A DNA stretch of 61,790 nucleotides, filler included, from Rhabdomonas costata (lineage: Eukaryota): NCBI GenBank assembly GCA_019059605.1. It is 20 parts of 20 records of this genome, joined end to end, with 100 filler letters (N's around TTAATTAATTAA, not from the genome) between each part and the next. Parts side by side here need not be neighbours in the genome. Positions count along the whole stretch, not along the records: positions 49,527 to 52,532 come from JAHMHO010001593.1; positions 52,633 to 55,618 come from JAHMHO010001594.1; positions 55,719 to 58,704 come from JAHMHO010001595.1; positions 58,805 to 61,790 come from JAHMHO010001596.1; 16 more parts are not named here. One strand, written 5' to 3'. Position numbers and translations under genes: made by a program. Of the stretch, positions 49,831-61,790 are shown piece by piece. The notes beneath the pieces were generated by a model that saw nothing but the letters and a program-made list of their open reading frames with translations, was not told where the DNA came from and ran no database searches. The stretch's first letter is position 1. The number at the start of each line of letters is the position of its first letter.

Positions 49831-52800
49831 CAACTGTCTTCTCATGGATCAATTCATGAATTCATGAAAGAATTAAGAGTACCCCTTAATTGAGCAAGAT
49901 GGCGCCGTTCGCCATTTGGGGTAAGGCATTTGAAGCTCATACGTTCCACCCGACCAGTTAATGGAATCAATTTAGACTGGATTGGATGTTGTTATTTGCT
50001 GCATTTTTATCACCCTTCGAGACAATTGACCATCCTGCTTCGGGTGGCCACAAAAACGTCAAGGCCTTTTGCGGCAATTTCAGCCGAAACAAAATAGCTC
50101 CATGGTCAGCAGATTTGGCATTTTGGTGACAAAATAACGTCAGATTTGCCCATAAATGTGGGTACAAGACCTTTTGGAGGCAGTTCCAGGGAAATATTGG
50201 TCACATGATGTGTTAAATGCCCTTTTCTTTGACAAGACCTTCTGGGCTTCGACAATAAGACCGCAAGGACACTTTATCCCATTTTCTCTCTATATCGTGT
50301 TGATGGCTGGACACAGCAGCGTTCCAAATCCATTGGTCCTAATATCCGGGTTTCAAAGCAGCCATCACGGTAGCCGGTTTACAAGACGTTTTGGAACACA
50401 CGCGAAGGCCTTCGTGTGCCTAATCAATCGCCCTAGCTCATAAAAAACAAAACTTGCTGCCATTTTAAGACTAAAAGTTTCCGAACGGGGATGTGAAAAA
50501 ATGAATCCTGTAAGCTGGAAAGAGGTTAATGGTACAACAAATGGTAAAGTTCCGTGTCTGATTGTGCATCAGGTGGTCTCCCGGCGCGCGCGCAAACACA
50601 CACACATACAGCGTGCTGGAGGGCGGTTTACAGCCGGATGCGTACCGCAGGAGCTGCTTCTTGGAGGGGTTATTGGACGTAAACTGTTTTCCGCAAAGGC
50701 AATCGAAGAAATAATTAAAAGTATACCAGGGGTCCGCAAAACACGCCTCTTCGCAAAGGTGATAAATGGAGGACACGTGGTGTGTGAGAGAAAAGTGGTC
50801 AGCCATTGTTTTTGTATGCCGGGTTAGGGGGAGATTGTTGGAGTCCGGTCTCCCGGGTCTACTCTGTGTTTTTACCCCTCTGATTTTAGTTAACAAACCC
50901 ACCTCGAGAAGTTCTGGGTATGATCTAAGTTTGCTTTCTCTCTTCCACTGAAGTTAAGAATCATCGGTGGAAGCTTTCACCGGTAGGGAATCACAGTTCA
51001 CACGGTAAGTTCAACACATGAAGATGGAAAGAAGGAGAAGGGACTAACGGGAAAAAAAGCACGCCGCCTGATTCCGAGACGACGGTTGGCGGTTGGGATT
51101 TTGGACGCTCAGAAAGAGGAAAAAGAAGGCCAAGTGGGAATTTACAAGTAAAGCATTGGAAAACTCTCAAAAAAGCAAAAGCTTTGATGGAGATTGATTC
51201 TAAAGCCTGATGGTTAATTTGGAAAACACGGTAGGAAATTTCCGACAAATTTCAGCGGTAGACTTGCATTTTTAATAAACATAAAACCAGTCAGGGGAAA
51301 ACACGCAAGTGGTATGAGGGGATGAAAAGTGCAATGTAACGCAAGGGGACTCGAACCAAGGTGCGTGTTGAGGTCACTGAGCAGCACAAATGTGAGGAAA
51401 AGAAACATTCTGTCAAAAGAACTGTTTTGTGCCAAAGGTAGTGGGTTGTCCAGCTATGATTTGGCCCACAAGATGGATGATGGAAGAATGATCTAGAGAA
51501 TTGGCCACAAAATTCGACTGGAGTGGAGGAGAACCGTGTCACACTCCAACGATATTGCGGGAACACGTACGTGGCTCCTACTTCTGGAGGTGGTGATGCA
51601 TCTGGATCCTGCGCGCTTTGGACGTTATCCAGACATTGCTTGTACAAGGTGGGCGCTGCCTCGACTTACCTAGGTGACTTCCATTCTTCACTTTCCGGGG
51701 GTCGCTGTGGAGCTTCTTTCGTCGAGCGTCGCCTTCCTGAAATGGTGGGGGCGCCGACCACGCCTTCACCAAGCCGGTTTGGAGTCTGGAAACCTTTGGG
51801 GAACGGCTTCTGCAAATGACGTGGTGGGGTGAGATGCACGTGTGGCTCTGGGGGGGTGCTATGGACACAGGTGGTGTCGAATTGTTGGTCCTTATGGCTC
51901 ACACCTTCTGGGCTGTGGAGTGGTTCCGCTGGGCGGGTCTCGCCGCTTATGCCTTTCCACAATCTCCCAACCAAAGCGAAGGATGTGGAAGGGGCACACA
52001 ACTACACGCACCCTGTCCTGTGTAACTCCGCAGCGTTCCCACCCCCACACGCTCTGCAAACCCACCGCCTCTGTATTCTCTGCAGGGCCCTCCTGGTATC
52101 CGCTCGGCTCTGGACTGCGGCTCTGCTGTGGTTCTTTTAGGGCACCTCTGTAACAACAAAAGGCGAAAATAACGAGAAAAACACTCTGGAAAACAAAGCG
52201 ACCTGACGATTTCTGGATTTCTTCAATCCTACCGTAAATTTTAAAATCCTAGACAAAAGAAGGGACCATAACCTTTTCAAACCGCCGCTGTGTAACACAC
52301 CACACTGTCCGTCTTCTCCGCCTGCATCCCCTGAGGCCTTGTCTGTGAAAATTCTCTGAAATCTCGGCCTCCTCGTCTCTTTCACCTGTGAAAACTCTGG
52401 AAAAACGCTGTGGATGCATCCTTCTTCCTCTGAAAAACTCCGAAAACATACCACCTGAATCGCTGCAGTCGGGTCGTGTGCACGCATTCCCCTTCCATGC
52501 GGCCTCCCTCCCGTGGACTGGCTCTCCGTCTANNNNNNNNNNNNNNNNNNNNNNNNNNNNNNNNNNNNNNNNNNNNTTAATTAATTAANNNNNNNNNNNN
52601 NNNNNNNNNNNNNNNNNNNNNNNNNNNNNNNNTTGTCGTTGATGGAGCTACTAGGCCCCCTTTCGCTTCCTTCAGCTGTTTTTATGCTTTGATAACATTA
52701 CTTTCTTTGTGAGAAAAAAGGAAGAAGGGGAAGGTTTCAAGAACATTTCAAGAACATTCGAAAAGTGTGGGTTGTCGATCCCTATGTTTTTTGGTGGTGC

Positions 52801-53350
52801 AATACACTTGAATGTCGGAACAGTGTGTTTGTCTTGTGTAATGGTTGATCGCCTGGATTGCTCGGACATCCTTCAGGTGCTAGGTGTGTTACATCGGGAC
52901 TCTGGGTGTGGTGTGCATTTATCGATATAACGTTGTGATTCGAATCTTCATGGGCAAAGATTTGAATCAAAATTTTGTTGTCATTTTGGGTATTCTCATT
53001 CAGCACTTGCAAATCGTTTTTTCCAGACAGTTATGGAACAGTGGGACAGCTTTTAATTGGAGGAAGGAGGTCATTCATAGCACGGCTGGAATGCAAATTT
53101 AGTTTTCCTGTGACGACGATCATGACAAAAACATATGCATGCGTAGTGGGGTTGGGGTTCGCGGAGCCCCAAAGACTAGTTTCTAGTTGTGTGGCAACAT
53201 TATACTTTGTAACGTTTAGCACCTCCCAAAAAATGCCCCGCATCCCACCGAGCAGTTGTGTGCCATGTTAACACCAGCCCAGAGGTCGCTGTGTACCATA
53301 CTCATTGGTTTCGCAGCCAGACCGGTTGCCCTTTGCGCGACGGTGTGCAG

Positions 53351-54602
53351 GTGTCCAACGGAGGGCTGCTGTCCTCGTGGGGCTGGACGGAGGTGCTGAG
53401 CCAGGCCAGTGGCCTGACCTCGCTCCACCTCAGCGGGTGCCGCTCGCTCTCTGACCAAGCGGTCGAGGTACTGGGAACCGTGAACTCCTCCCTGACTTCC
53501 CTAACCTTGACCCAGAGCTGCAGGTGCGTGTTGCCTTTTTGTGCCTTCTCATCTCTCCGTTCGAGCTTTCGGCTCACTTTCTGTTTCTTCTCTAGGGTGG
53601 GTTGAGAATGACTTACGAATTCGTGAAGTACCCACCTCTTTTGTGCGCATCCACGCATTTGTGCTGTCGCTGTTGCTTTGGTTTCATTGGTTTCATTGCA
53701 GTGGTTCCCATGCTTCCTGCGTCTGATCGACGAGTCGTCATCCTACCACCACACCTTTTTCTCTGTCCTCGGTAGGCAGGTGCATTGTTTCAGGCTTACG
53801 GACGAATCGCTTCGTCGGCTCCGAGCTCCCAGGCTGAAGACTTTGGCTCTGTCGGAGTGCCGCATGGTTGGCCCCGGTGTGGCAGACCTTGCCTGCTCCG
53901 GCGTCTTAGCACACATTGACCTCAGCCACTGCCCACTAGTTGACGGTGTGTTGCGTTCGGATAACCTGGTTTCTTCTTTGTGCAGGTGGATGGAGGCCGT
54001 TCTGTTTAATCTTTCCAAGTTGCTTGCTTTTTTCATGTAGGGGCTCATCTCACCTTCCCTTGTAGAAATTTATTGCCTTTCGTTTCGGTACTATTGGTCC
54101 CGTAGATATTCCAATTCCCTCTGTTTAGCTGCATTCTCTTCGGTTAATCTCACATGCTTCAAAGACCTTCATTTGAACCTGGAGAATTGCATTGAGGCCA
54201 TAACCATGCACCGCCAAAGGTCAACTGCCCCTGTGGAACGCGCTCGACTGAGGATTGTGATTGACCCTTTCCGCAGGCTACACTGTCCGCTGCATTGCCA
54301 CTCGATCTGGGCCTTCGCTTCGCACCGCGATCCTCTGTGGGCTTCCTCTTCTCACGGACGACGCTCTGCTCTCACTTGCGCAGCACGCGACGGGGCTTCG
54401 GGAGCTCTCTGTGCAGGGATGCCCCCAGCTCACGGGCCGCGGGGTCATCTCGGTGCTTCATATAAAGAGCCTAACTTACCTGAACCTTAGCAACTGTGTT
54501 GGATGCCCCGAAGTGGTTGCGCAGGATGTGGAGCGGGAGCTGCGGTGGCGAAGGGCAGAGTCCACCGAAGGGGCTCGGGTCGCAGAGGGCATCTTTCAGT
54601 GA
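53351..54602 (+). CDS. Cysteine-containing LRR (FBXL/AMN1-like) protein, last three exons
   Basis: Exons 53351-53523, 53794-53945 and 54277-54602 splice in frame: LTSLHLSGCRSLSD, LKTLALSECRMV, IDLSHCPLVD, LRELSVQGCPQLT, LTYLNLSNC; ends in TGA. Confidence 0.9.
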
Positions 54603-56955
54603 GCCTCCTCGCTGGGCTTCCCGTATGATATTCCCATAATGGGTAATACTAGAGAGAAAAAGCTCAGTCGCTGGTGTGCTGGCTTTTTTTCTGCTCTGGA
54701 GGTTGTCTTCACTTTGCTTGTGAATTGTGTGTTTTGTGTTTTCCTGATGGTGGTGATGGATGTGTTAATACTCGTTATCGCTGTGCCTTTAGTGCTGTTG
54801 CTTTTGGTCCTTATTTGAAACTCTCATTGAACTCTCGTTGGTTTTTGCTCCTCTTTCCCGTGCTTCTCACGTCCGCGCGAGGCATCAGCTGGTGCCACTA
54901 CTGCCGACGAAATGTTTCAGCGTTTTTCTCGTGGCCAATCGTTGAACTTTTTGGTGGCTTCCTTGTTGTCCTGGCTTTCATGGCTTCCTGGACCTGAAAA
55001 GTCACGAAGTATTTCGAAGACAAAATCCCGCATCTTTGTATGCAGAAACGAGGTTGCACAGTTGGGCCTGTGGCTAAGCTTTCCTGCGTGCAACTCCGTC
55101 ATATGCCACTTCTGACCCGCATAGCAGCAATCTGCTCAATCACAGTTGTCTTCAAGCAGGCCGTCCGCTTAAGGGCACAGGGCTTATATTCCTTTTTATG
55201 TGTTTGGCAAATTAGATTCTCTCACGCACTGGTTGTTCGCTCAGCTTTGTTCTTTTCTTGCGCTCAAAATTCCTTTGAACTTTCCCACCCAGCCACCTCA
55301 TTTTTTGCCACCTCCCTTATTACCAGCAAATGAAAGACGCTCCCTTTTATCCCGTTGATGGATTTGAGGTTGTCGAGAAGAAGGTCTCCCTGTCCGCCCT
55401 TTTTGCCCGATTCTTTTTCTGCCCCTGCACTTTGCTTTCTCTGAATACGAACGGCGCGAAACATCCTCTTCAGTTTGAATTGTGATGGTACACCACACGA
55501 CACACACACACACAGCGAGTGCTTGTAAGAGTCTTTGCACAAGAACAGCAGCTTTGCCCTTCGTACCGGGCCGCGTTTTGCCTCAGGTGATTGATCCCTA
55601 TGAAGCGGAAGAGCCCCGNNNNNNNNNNNNNNNNNNNNNNNNNNNNNNNNNNNNNNNNNNNNTTAATTAATTAANNNNNNNNNNNNNNNNNNNNNNNNNN
55701 NNNNNNNNNNNNNNNNNNCCACCCTTATCCTGTTTTTCCTTGCTCAGGAATCCATCTGCTCCGCGAAATGACTTGAGTTCCCGTCAGATTCCGACGCGAG
55801 TTTCTGGACCTTTGACCCCTCGTCGGTGCCAGCCGTTGATGTTGCTCTCAGTTCAACAGGAACAAGTCAACCTCTGCTGCCGCAACGTCGGCAACAGATC
55901 TGAATATCGTGAGCTCAGTGATGCTGGTTGCCGATTCTCTCTCGCTCTACCCCATCTGCGACAGCGCTGCGATTACACCAGAGGTTTTCGCTACCTTGTC
56001 CCAACTGTGTGTGAAGGTCAGCCAACAGTATGCGGAACCTGCGCTGAGACGGAGCTGAGCCTGCGCTATGGGTTATTGGATTATGTGCCCCCCGATTGAC
56101 ACTCGTTGAGTGTATTATGCAAACTGAGCTGTTTGCCCGAGTATTGTTTGTTCGCTTGTAAATGTTTTTTCAGCTGGGGGAGAGGATAGTGCTTTCAGGT
56201 TCACAGTGTGAGACGCCTGCTTCAGGGAAGTTCTGTGAAAGTATCCTTTGAACGGGAGGCAGTGCTTGATATTTCGATTTGCATTGCGTTCATCTGCGGT
56301 CATCTGAAGTATGGTTGAACAAAAGTGGCCAGAATCCGTGACTTGAACTGAGAAATCATATTTCATTTGGCGTGCGTGACCACGTGCATGACACACTCAG
56401 CATGCCTTGGCAGTAAACTGCTATTTGTTTTCTTCAGCCCATCGTTATTTGACTTTTATTTGAATGTGCTTGTAGCTGCATGCCAGTTTTGTGCCGTCTA
56501 TTCAGGTTTGTCCAGAGCGAATTTGCTTCCATTTGCCTGCATCTGTATTTTTTTGCACTGATGCGTGATAAACGCTCATTCAAATGGAATTTTACCAACT
56601 TCCTGGCTCTGTTACTTTGCTCTTTTGCGGGTTGCAGAAATTAGGTGCGGTGGAGGTCGAAGGTCAGGAAACACTGGCCCCAAGGACCGGCCACGAAGCG
56701 TTTTGGAGGCCTGTTGTGTAAACAAAAGACCTTAGGCCTAGCCATCAGGAATGCTGCTCAGGGGGCGTGCCCAGTGTTGCAGGAATTCTCGTCCGCCATA
56801 TCTGTACTTTCATATTTTTTATATGATTTTATGATTATATATGGTTTTCAAGGTGGCGAAGGAAGATGGTGGTTACTGCCCTTCGTTAGGCATGTCCTTT
56901 GAGTGAAGGCGTGACTTTCTTGCCATTAGCGTGTTACTTTTATTTTCACTCACAG

Positions 56956-57531
56956 ATCCGGGTAACCCTGTGGTTGGTGAGGCATCTAGTTGAAAGATGC
57001 CTTCCGACCTCGACGCTCGGATGGCCACTGTGGTGGGTACGTTCCGTCGGTACAACAGACGCCCGCCAGGTCGTGATGAGCGGAAGATGGCTTGGGTATT
57101 TGCGCACTGCTCATGCCTACCCACCCGTTCCTGTGCAGCCGCAAGCGACCTCTCTGAACTCAACCTCAATGTCTTTCTGCTGTCTAACCCGTCCTGGTCT
57201 TTTCTTTCTGAACGCGGCAGGCTTCGGACTCACCTCACTGAACACCCGGCTAAAAAGAATTTCTGGTGGATATGCATGGATATGCTTTGTCTCGGGCGTT
57301 TCGCCAAAATCGCGCTCAGGTGTGGAGACGGGCCCTCAACGGCTCAATGAACGAACGTGGCGGCTTTTTTTTTTGTGGGTTTTTCGACGTAATCTGAATC
57401 CCTTTCCGCATTTAGAGTCATTTTGCCTGTGTTGGTTGGTGGTCCTTCAGGATGCTCGGGCAGGGCTGCTGACGGGGATTTTCTCCACCACCTCGGTGTA
57501 CGTGCCTGCGGAGGTGGAAGAAAAGCTCAAG
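56956..57531 (+). CDS. Probable exons of a hypothetical protein
   Basis: AG/GT-bounded 81-nt segments 56956-57036 and 57451-57531 (DARAGLLTGIFSTTSVYVPAEVEEKLK). Confidence 0.35.
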
Positions 57532-58866
57532 GTTTGGGTTGGTGTGGCTTGCTTGCTTATTATCCCCCAAAAAAATTCTGTGCACAATGCTGTCAAGCCA
57601 TCTGAGATTTCGCCTTTATGAACCCTCGGTGTATGCATTGCATTTCCAGGATATTTTCGGATGTTGGAGCAGATTGTCAGCCGTTAACGGGTCTTCGAGC
57701 TGCTGTAGCCCAACTTTGAGAGCGAAAAAATGAATATGTGGAGCATGCACCTGTTCACACGCGGGTGCCCCAGCTCTGTCTCGAAACCCGAACACAACCA
57801 AAGTTTCCGTCTTGGTCTTGCTTCAGGACTGGAGACCCACGCAGGGGGACTGCGGCGGAGACTCGATGTCCTCAAAAAAGGTTTCAGCTGGATTTCGTCT
57901 TGAAGTTTTTCTTCCTTACATTCCCTGCCCCCCTTAATTTATAAAAATTCAATTTAATAAATAGAAATAACTTAATTTCATTCATGTCCACCACCGACAA
58001 CCGCGGCAGCATCTAAAGCAACGACTACACATCGCGGGCTGAGCCTTCGCGCCCAGCTCAAGTTATTCGGTCGATGTCAGGTGTCCGGCTCCGCATGTAG
58101 GGGCAAGGGCCAAGACGAGGTAGGACCAAAATTGAGTCCCCCTATCCCTTTGTATTGGCGCAAGTCCGAAGACCGCAGGAGTGTATTGGTGGGTGCTCCC
58201 GGGGGCTTCAGAACAAAAAGAAAGGTTACCAAGGAAAAGAGAGCCAAGTAAACTTACAAATGGGAAGGAGACGGATGTTAAATCCAGCTCGGCATCGTCC
58301 CTGTGCTAAAACTTGTGCGTGCTCGTGCTCAAGCTGTCAACGTGCATGTTTGCTGTTTGCCCACATTGGACGCAAAATGCTTGGCACCCCCGTATGTGCC
58401 TCCACGCATGTCTCCAAAACTCAACAAGCGATTATGTTTTTGAAATGCCTTATATACAGAAAGCTTGGCATATGTGCGTCTCTATATGGAAGCACTCAGG
58501 AGTGGTGTTTAAGTATATCAGAGCTCGAATAAATTGCATTTCGCTGCCCAAAGCAGAAGCGGTACCGAGACGGAATTTGGTTTTTGCACCTCGGAGTTGC
58601 AGTTTGTGAGCGGTTTTCGGGCGTCTGGAAGGTTGCAGCCCAATTTGCACATGCGGAGGGGGGGGGAGACAATTGGGCTGCAACCTTCCAGACACCCCAA
58701 AACCNNNNNNNNNNNNNNNNNNNNNNNNNNNNNNNNNNNNNNNNNNNNTTAATTAATTAANNNNNNNNNNNNNNNNNNNNNNNNNNNNNNNNNNNNNNNN
58801 NNNNTGTGTGTGTGCAGGCATTGCAATTTATTAAGCAATTCAAGCATATTTTTTCGTCTGAGATAC

Positions 58867-60634
58867 CTTGCCTTTCATGGAGGGGGTGCAGGCCTTTTGT
58901 ATGTAGAGCCGGCCTCCCGAAACGCTGCGTGACCGGTCCTTGGGGTAAGAGTTTCCTGCCTCCTCATAGGTGAGTTGGAAAAGCGGTTTCAAAGAGTGAC
59001 CATTTGGACTTCCAGGGACTACAGGGAGTACAGGGATGGTAAAAAAGTCCATTGAAACGCTTTGCTTCCTGACCTCTCACCGTCCACCGGTGGTGGTGCC
59101 CCTTGGCGGTTGTTTCCAAACATTTGATTGATTTTTGGTCCACAGGGACAAACTGAATCAGCGATGCAGCTGACAAACCTCGCCAAGCGCCCCAGCAAAG
59201 GGGAAAGGATGCACCGCAAGTCGATGGGGAGGTTCACCACATCCTGCAGGTGGGTGCCGATGTGACTCAGGGCCTTCTGGGTCAGTTCCCTCATCTGAAC
59301 ACACACATGGACATCGACAAGTCCAAGCGAATGAGGTGAACCGAGTTGGGGAGACTTCCAGATTGACGAGTGAAAGTGCATCTGCATCGGCTCGCGGAAA
59401 TAGTTGAAGGCATTCACACAACAATACTTCACCGGTGGTCCTACTCCGGAGGAAACTGAAGCCAACCGAACTTCATGATAAACACGAGAACGACAAACAG
59501 GACTGAATGGGTTGTAGGCTAGGCTGCTTATGAGAGAATGCTTCCTGCGCCAAGTGGCCCATTGGTCCTCTGTCCCGGGACACCAGTCATGTGTTGGAGG
59601 ATGTGAGCGAGTGGTGGAGGATGAGGATTGCAGAATACGTACACTAAGATTGGGGGACGATGAGCGCCCCCTCCGAACAACTATTGCGAAGCTATTCTGC
59701 TTAATGCTGAGACTGGACCTCAGGAGTACATTGAATCTCATTCGTGATGCATCACGTCATCCGCGTCAATCATGTGATCGCGTTGGATTTGTTGAGCGTT
59801 TAACGCGCCTACCCCACCCACCCGAAAAGAAAACTACAAGCCCGATTCATGTGACAGGATCTGGGTTTCAACTGCTTAACGAACAAGAAACTCTTCGGTC
59901 CCAGAACTTGGACAGGAATGGTTTCGGAAAGTTCCGTGGCAGTGAATTGGGCCGCTTTCCGATGATACTTGCCTCATTTTTCTCTGAAAAAGCCCAACTA
60001 CGACAACACCAAAGCCGCAAAAGCAAAAAAAATTTTCACCCTTGTTCGCGTCAAAATGGAAAGCGGGCACCACCTGCAGGAACTCCGCCGAGAGCAGGAA
60101 GGACACGCTCATCCTGGTGCTCATCGTGGGTCGCTTGCAGAACGAGCGCAGCCGAGGACTGGTCTCACTGTGGGCGTACTCCATCAGCCACTGGAACACC
60201 GCTGGGTCGCACTGCACCTGTTTGGGGTCGCGCAGGCCTGAAAGTCCACTCCGCCGCACAGAAGCAACACAATGGCAGCCTCGTGCTTTTGGCAACAATG
60301 CTGGATCTTCACAATTTTGTGAGGGAATTTCTCCGTTGCCAAGAGACTGTAATATGCGCTTGTCAGTGCATGAAATCAAAATTTACCCACCCCCGAGAAA
60401 TCTTCCGCGGAGCCCCTACTGTCAAAAATACAGCAGAAGCCGAATTTCTCAGCTGCATCCCTCTCCCGCACACACCGAGATCTCACCCCTCGGGGGCCCA
60501 TGAGAGCCGTGCCTGACAACACCGCCTGTTCGGACGTGCCCCCGGAAGTAGGGCACGGCGTGCAAAAGGTTCTCCCGGCGGCACACAAAGTCTCGGCGGG
60601 CGTGGGTGAACGCGTCCGTACAGTGCACGACAAC
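58867..60634 (-). CDS. SANBR: SANBR/KIAA1841-type BTB domain (DUF3342) protein exons
   Basis: Exons 60476-60634, 60074-60217, 59179-59294 and 58867-59068 give VVVHCTDAFTHARRDFVCRRENLLHAVPYF...EISVQCDPAVFQWLMEY...VSFLLSAEFLQMRELTQKAL...LPIDLRCILSPLLGRLAR. This matches the remembered IHVCD..DF.C.RDLL..M.YF / ISVHCD..IF.WL / SILISSEFL.M pattern. Low-complexity upstream exons probably extend to about 61780. Confidence 0.8.
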
Positions 60635-61790
60635 CTGGGCACGTCCCACCAAACCTCAACGATCACTCGCCTACTGTGCACGGGAACAACCTCACCAAGT
60701 TGGCTCACTCAGGTAGCAGAGTCATTGAAATCCAAGAAGCTCACCGAAGTCGGGCCCCTGAGGCACGGAAAAGCTGCATTTGCAGGGGTCACACCACCAC
60801 AAGCATAAAAACACGCATCGTCAAACAACCAAACGAGAGGGAGAACGATTGCGGAGGGTCATACAGAGAGTGCGGAGCAGGCAGTGGTTGGAAGATAGTG
60901 TTCACCAGTCATTAGCTTCATTTACTCGGTCACATTGCTGTTTTAGGTCTTCCAAACAATTAATGGTTGGCTCTAACGAGTGAGTAGCTTTGGTTACAGG
61001 ATCAACTGAGCAGGCGAATGAGAGGTGGTGGTGGAATGTTACACCTCATGGCCGGATTTAGCGGACGGTTGGTGGTGTATTCCCAGGCAGAAGCAAGAGG
61101 CAGAGGCACTACTGAGGAGCAGGGCACTGCGTCTGGAGCGAGGAGCGGACTGCTGCTGCTGCTGCTGCTGGCTTTGTGTGCGGTAACTGACCGTGGTGAA
61201 GGCTCCGCCTCCGCTGCTGGAAAGAAAGCGAGTCTTGCAAAAGGAAACTGAATCCGTGCCCTATGCTTGATTCGGACAAAGAGTGAGGGGGCTACCGCCC
61301 TCCAGCATACTGGACGAAAAATACACATTATCTTCCGTGTAGATTTAAAGTTCTCTTTTGAATAGGAGAGGGGAGACGTTGCGTTTCCGTGAATTGTCAG
61401 TTTAGGTGAGCTTTTCATTCCTTCCTGGCCTTTGCAGTGAGTGCGCCGTACCTTTCAATTGCTAGCAAGAGACCCATTGAGAAACCTGGACGACGATCCA
61501 GTCTCCTGTCGTCTATGACGCCTGCTTCCGCACCCCAAAGAGATCTGCACGTACGCACACGCACCCGCTGGCATGGCCACCGCGGGTGCACTTCTGTGAA
61601 AGTCCCGCAAGCTGAAGTGCCGGCCTGTGACGCTCAGCCCCTCTCGAGGCTTGCCTGTCGCAGGAATGGCCTCGGCATTACAGGTTTTGGTGCAAGACCG
61701 CCGCAGGGGCTCGGAAGACGCCGAGCTGAGCCTGAGCTGCTCTGCGAGGAGATGGCTTGCGGCCTTAACCGGTGAGCCTGGAAAGAACAA

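Noticed and set aside
51330-51390. tRNA or tRNA-derived SINE on the minus strand (GCTCAGTG...GGTTCGAGTCCC)
   Set aside because: A B-box-like motif is present, but spacing is too short and there is no acceptor or anticodon stem.
59530-60516. 328-aa plus-strand ORF
   Set aside because: Antisense to SANBR-like exons and introns; no recognisable domain.
1-61790. Gene neighbourhood or operon-like system across contigs, including virus integration next to contigs 1 and 3
   Set aside because: The contigs appear ordered by size and are unlinked; adjacency has no biological meaning.

Overview
This window is not one locus. It is 20 unrelated ~3 kb contigs joined by 100-nt artificial spacers (N44-TTAATTAATTAA-N44). 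Most contig ends carry G/T-only 5' and A/C-only 3' tails, and several fold back on themselves, which points to a whole-genome-amplified (probably single-cell) library. Nineteen contigs look like an intron-rich, roughly GC-balanced protist nuclear genome; a euglenid/euglenozoan is inferred from gene style but not proven. They hold GT-AG-spliced fragments of SANBR/KIAA1841-type BTB, cysteine-containing LRR, RDH-like SDR, CYB5R4-like cytochrome b5, ankyrin, RRM, receptor-cyclase-like and Ser/Thr-rich surface protein genes, plus decayed elements (a DIRS-type methyltransferase domain, a BTB-SPRY pseudogene, a coiled-coil repeat pseudogene). The outlier is contig 2 (3106-6100). It is very AT-rich, intronless and gene-dense, with two divergent genes resembling giant-virus (Nucleocytoviricota, Mimiviridae-like) penton/minor-capsid-type proteins, one split by a one-base frameshift. 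It is a candidate giant virus infecting, ingested by, or endogenized in this protist. All family calls come from motif recognition by eye, not database searches.
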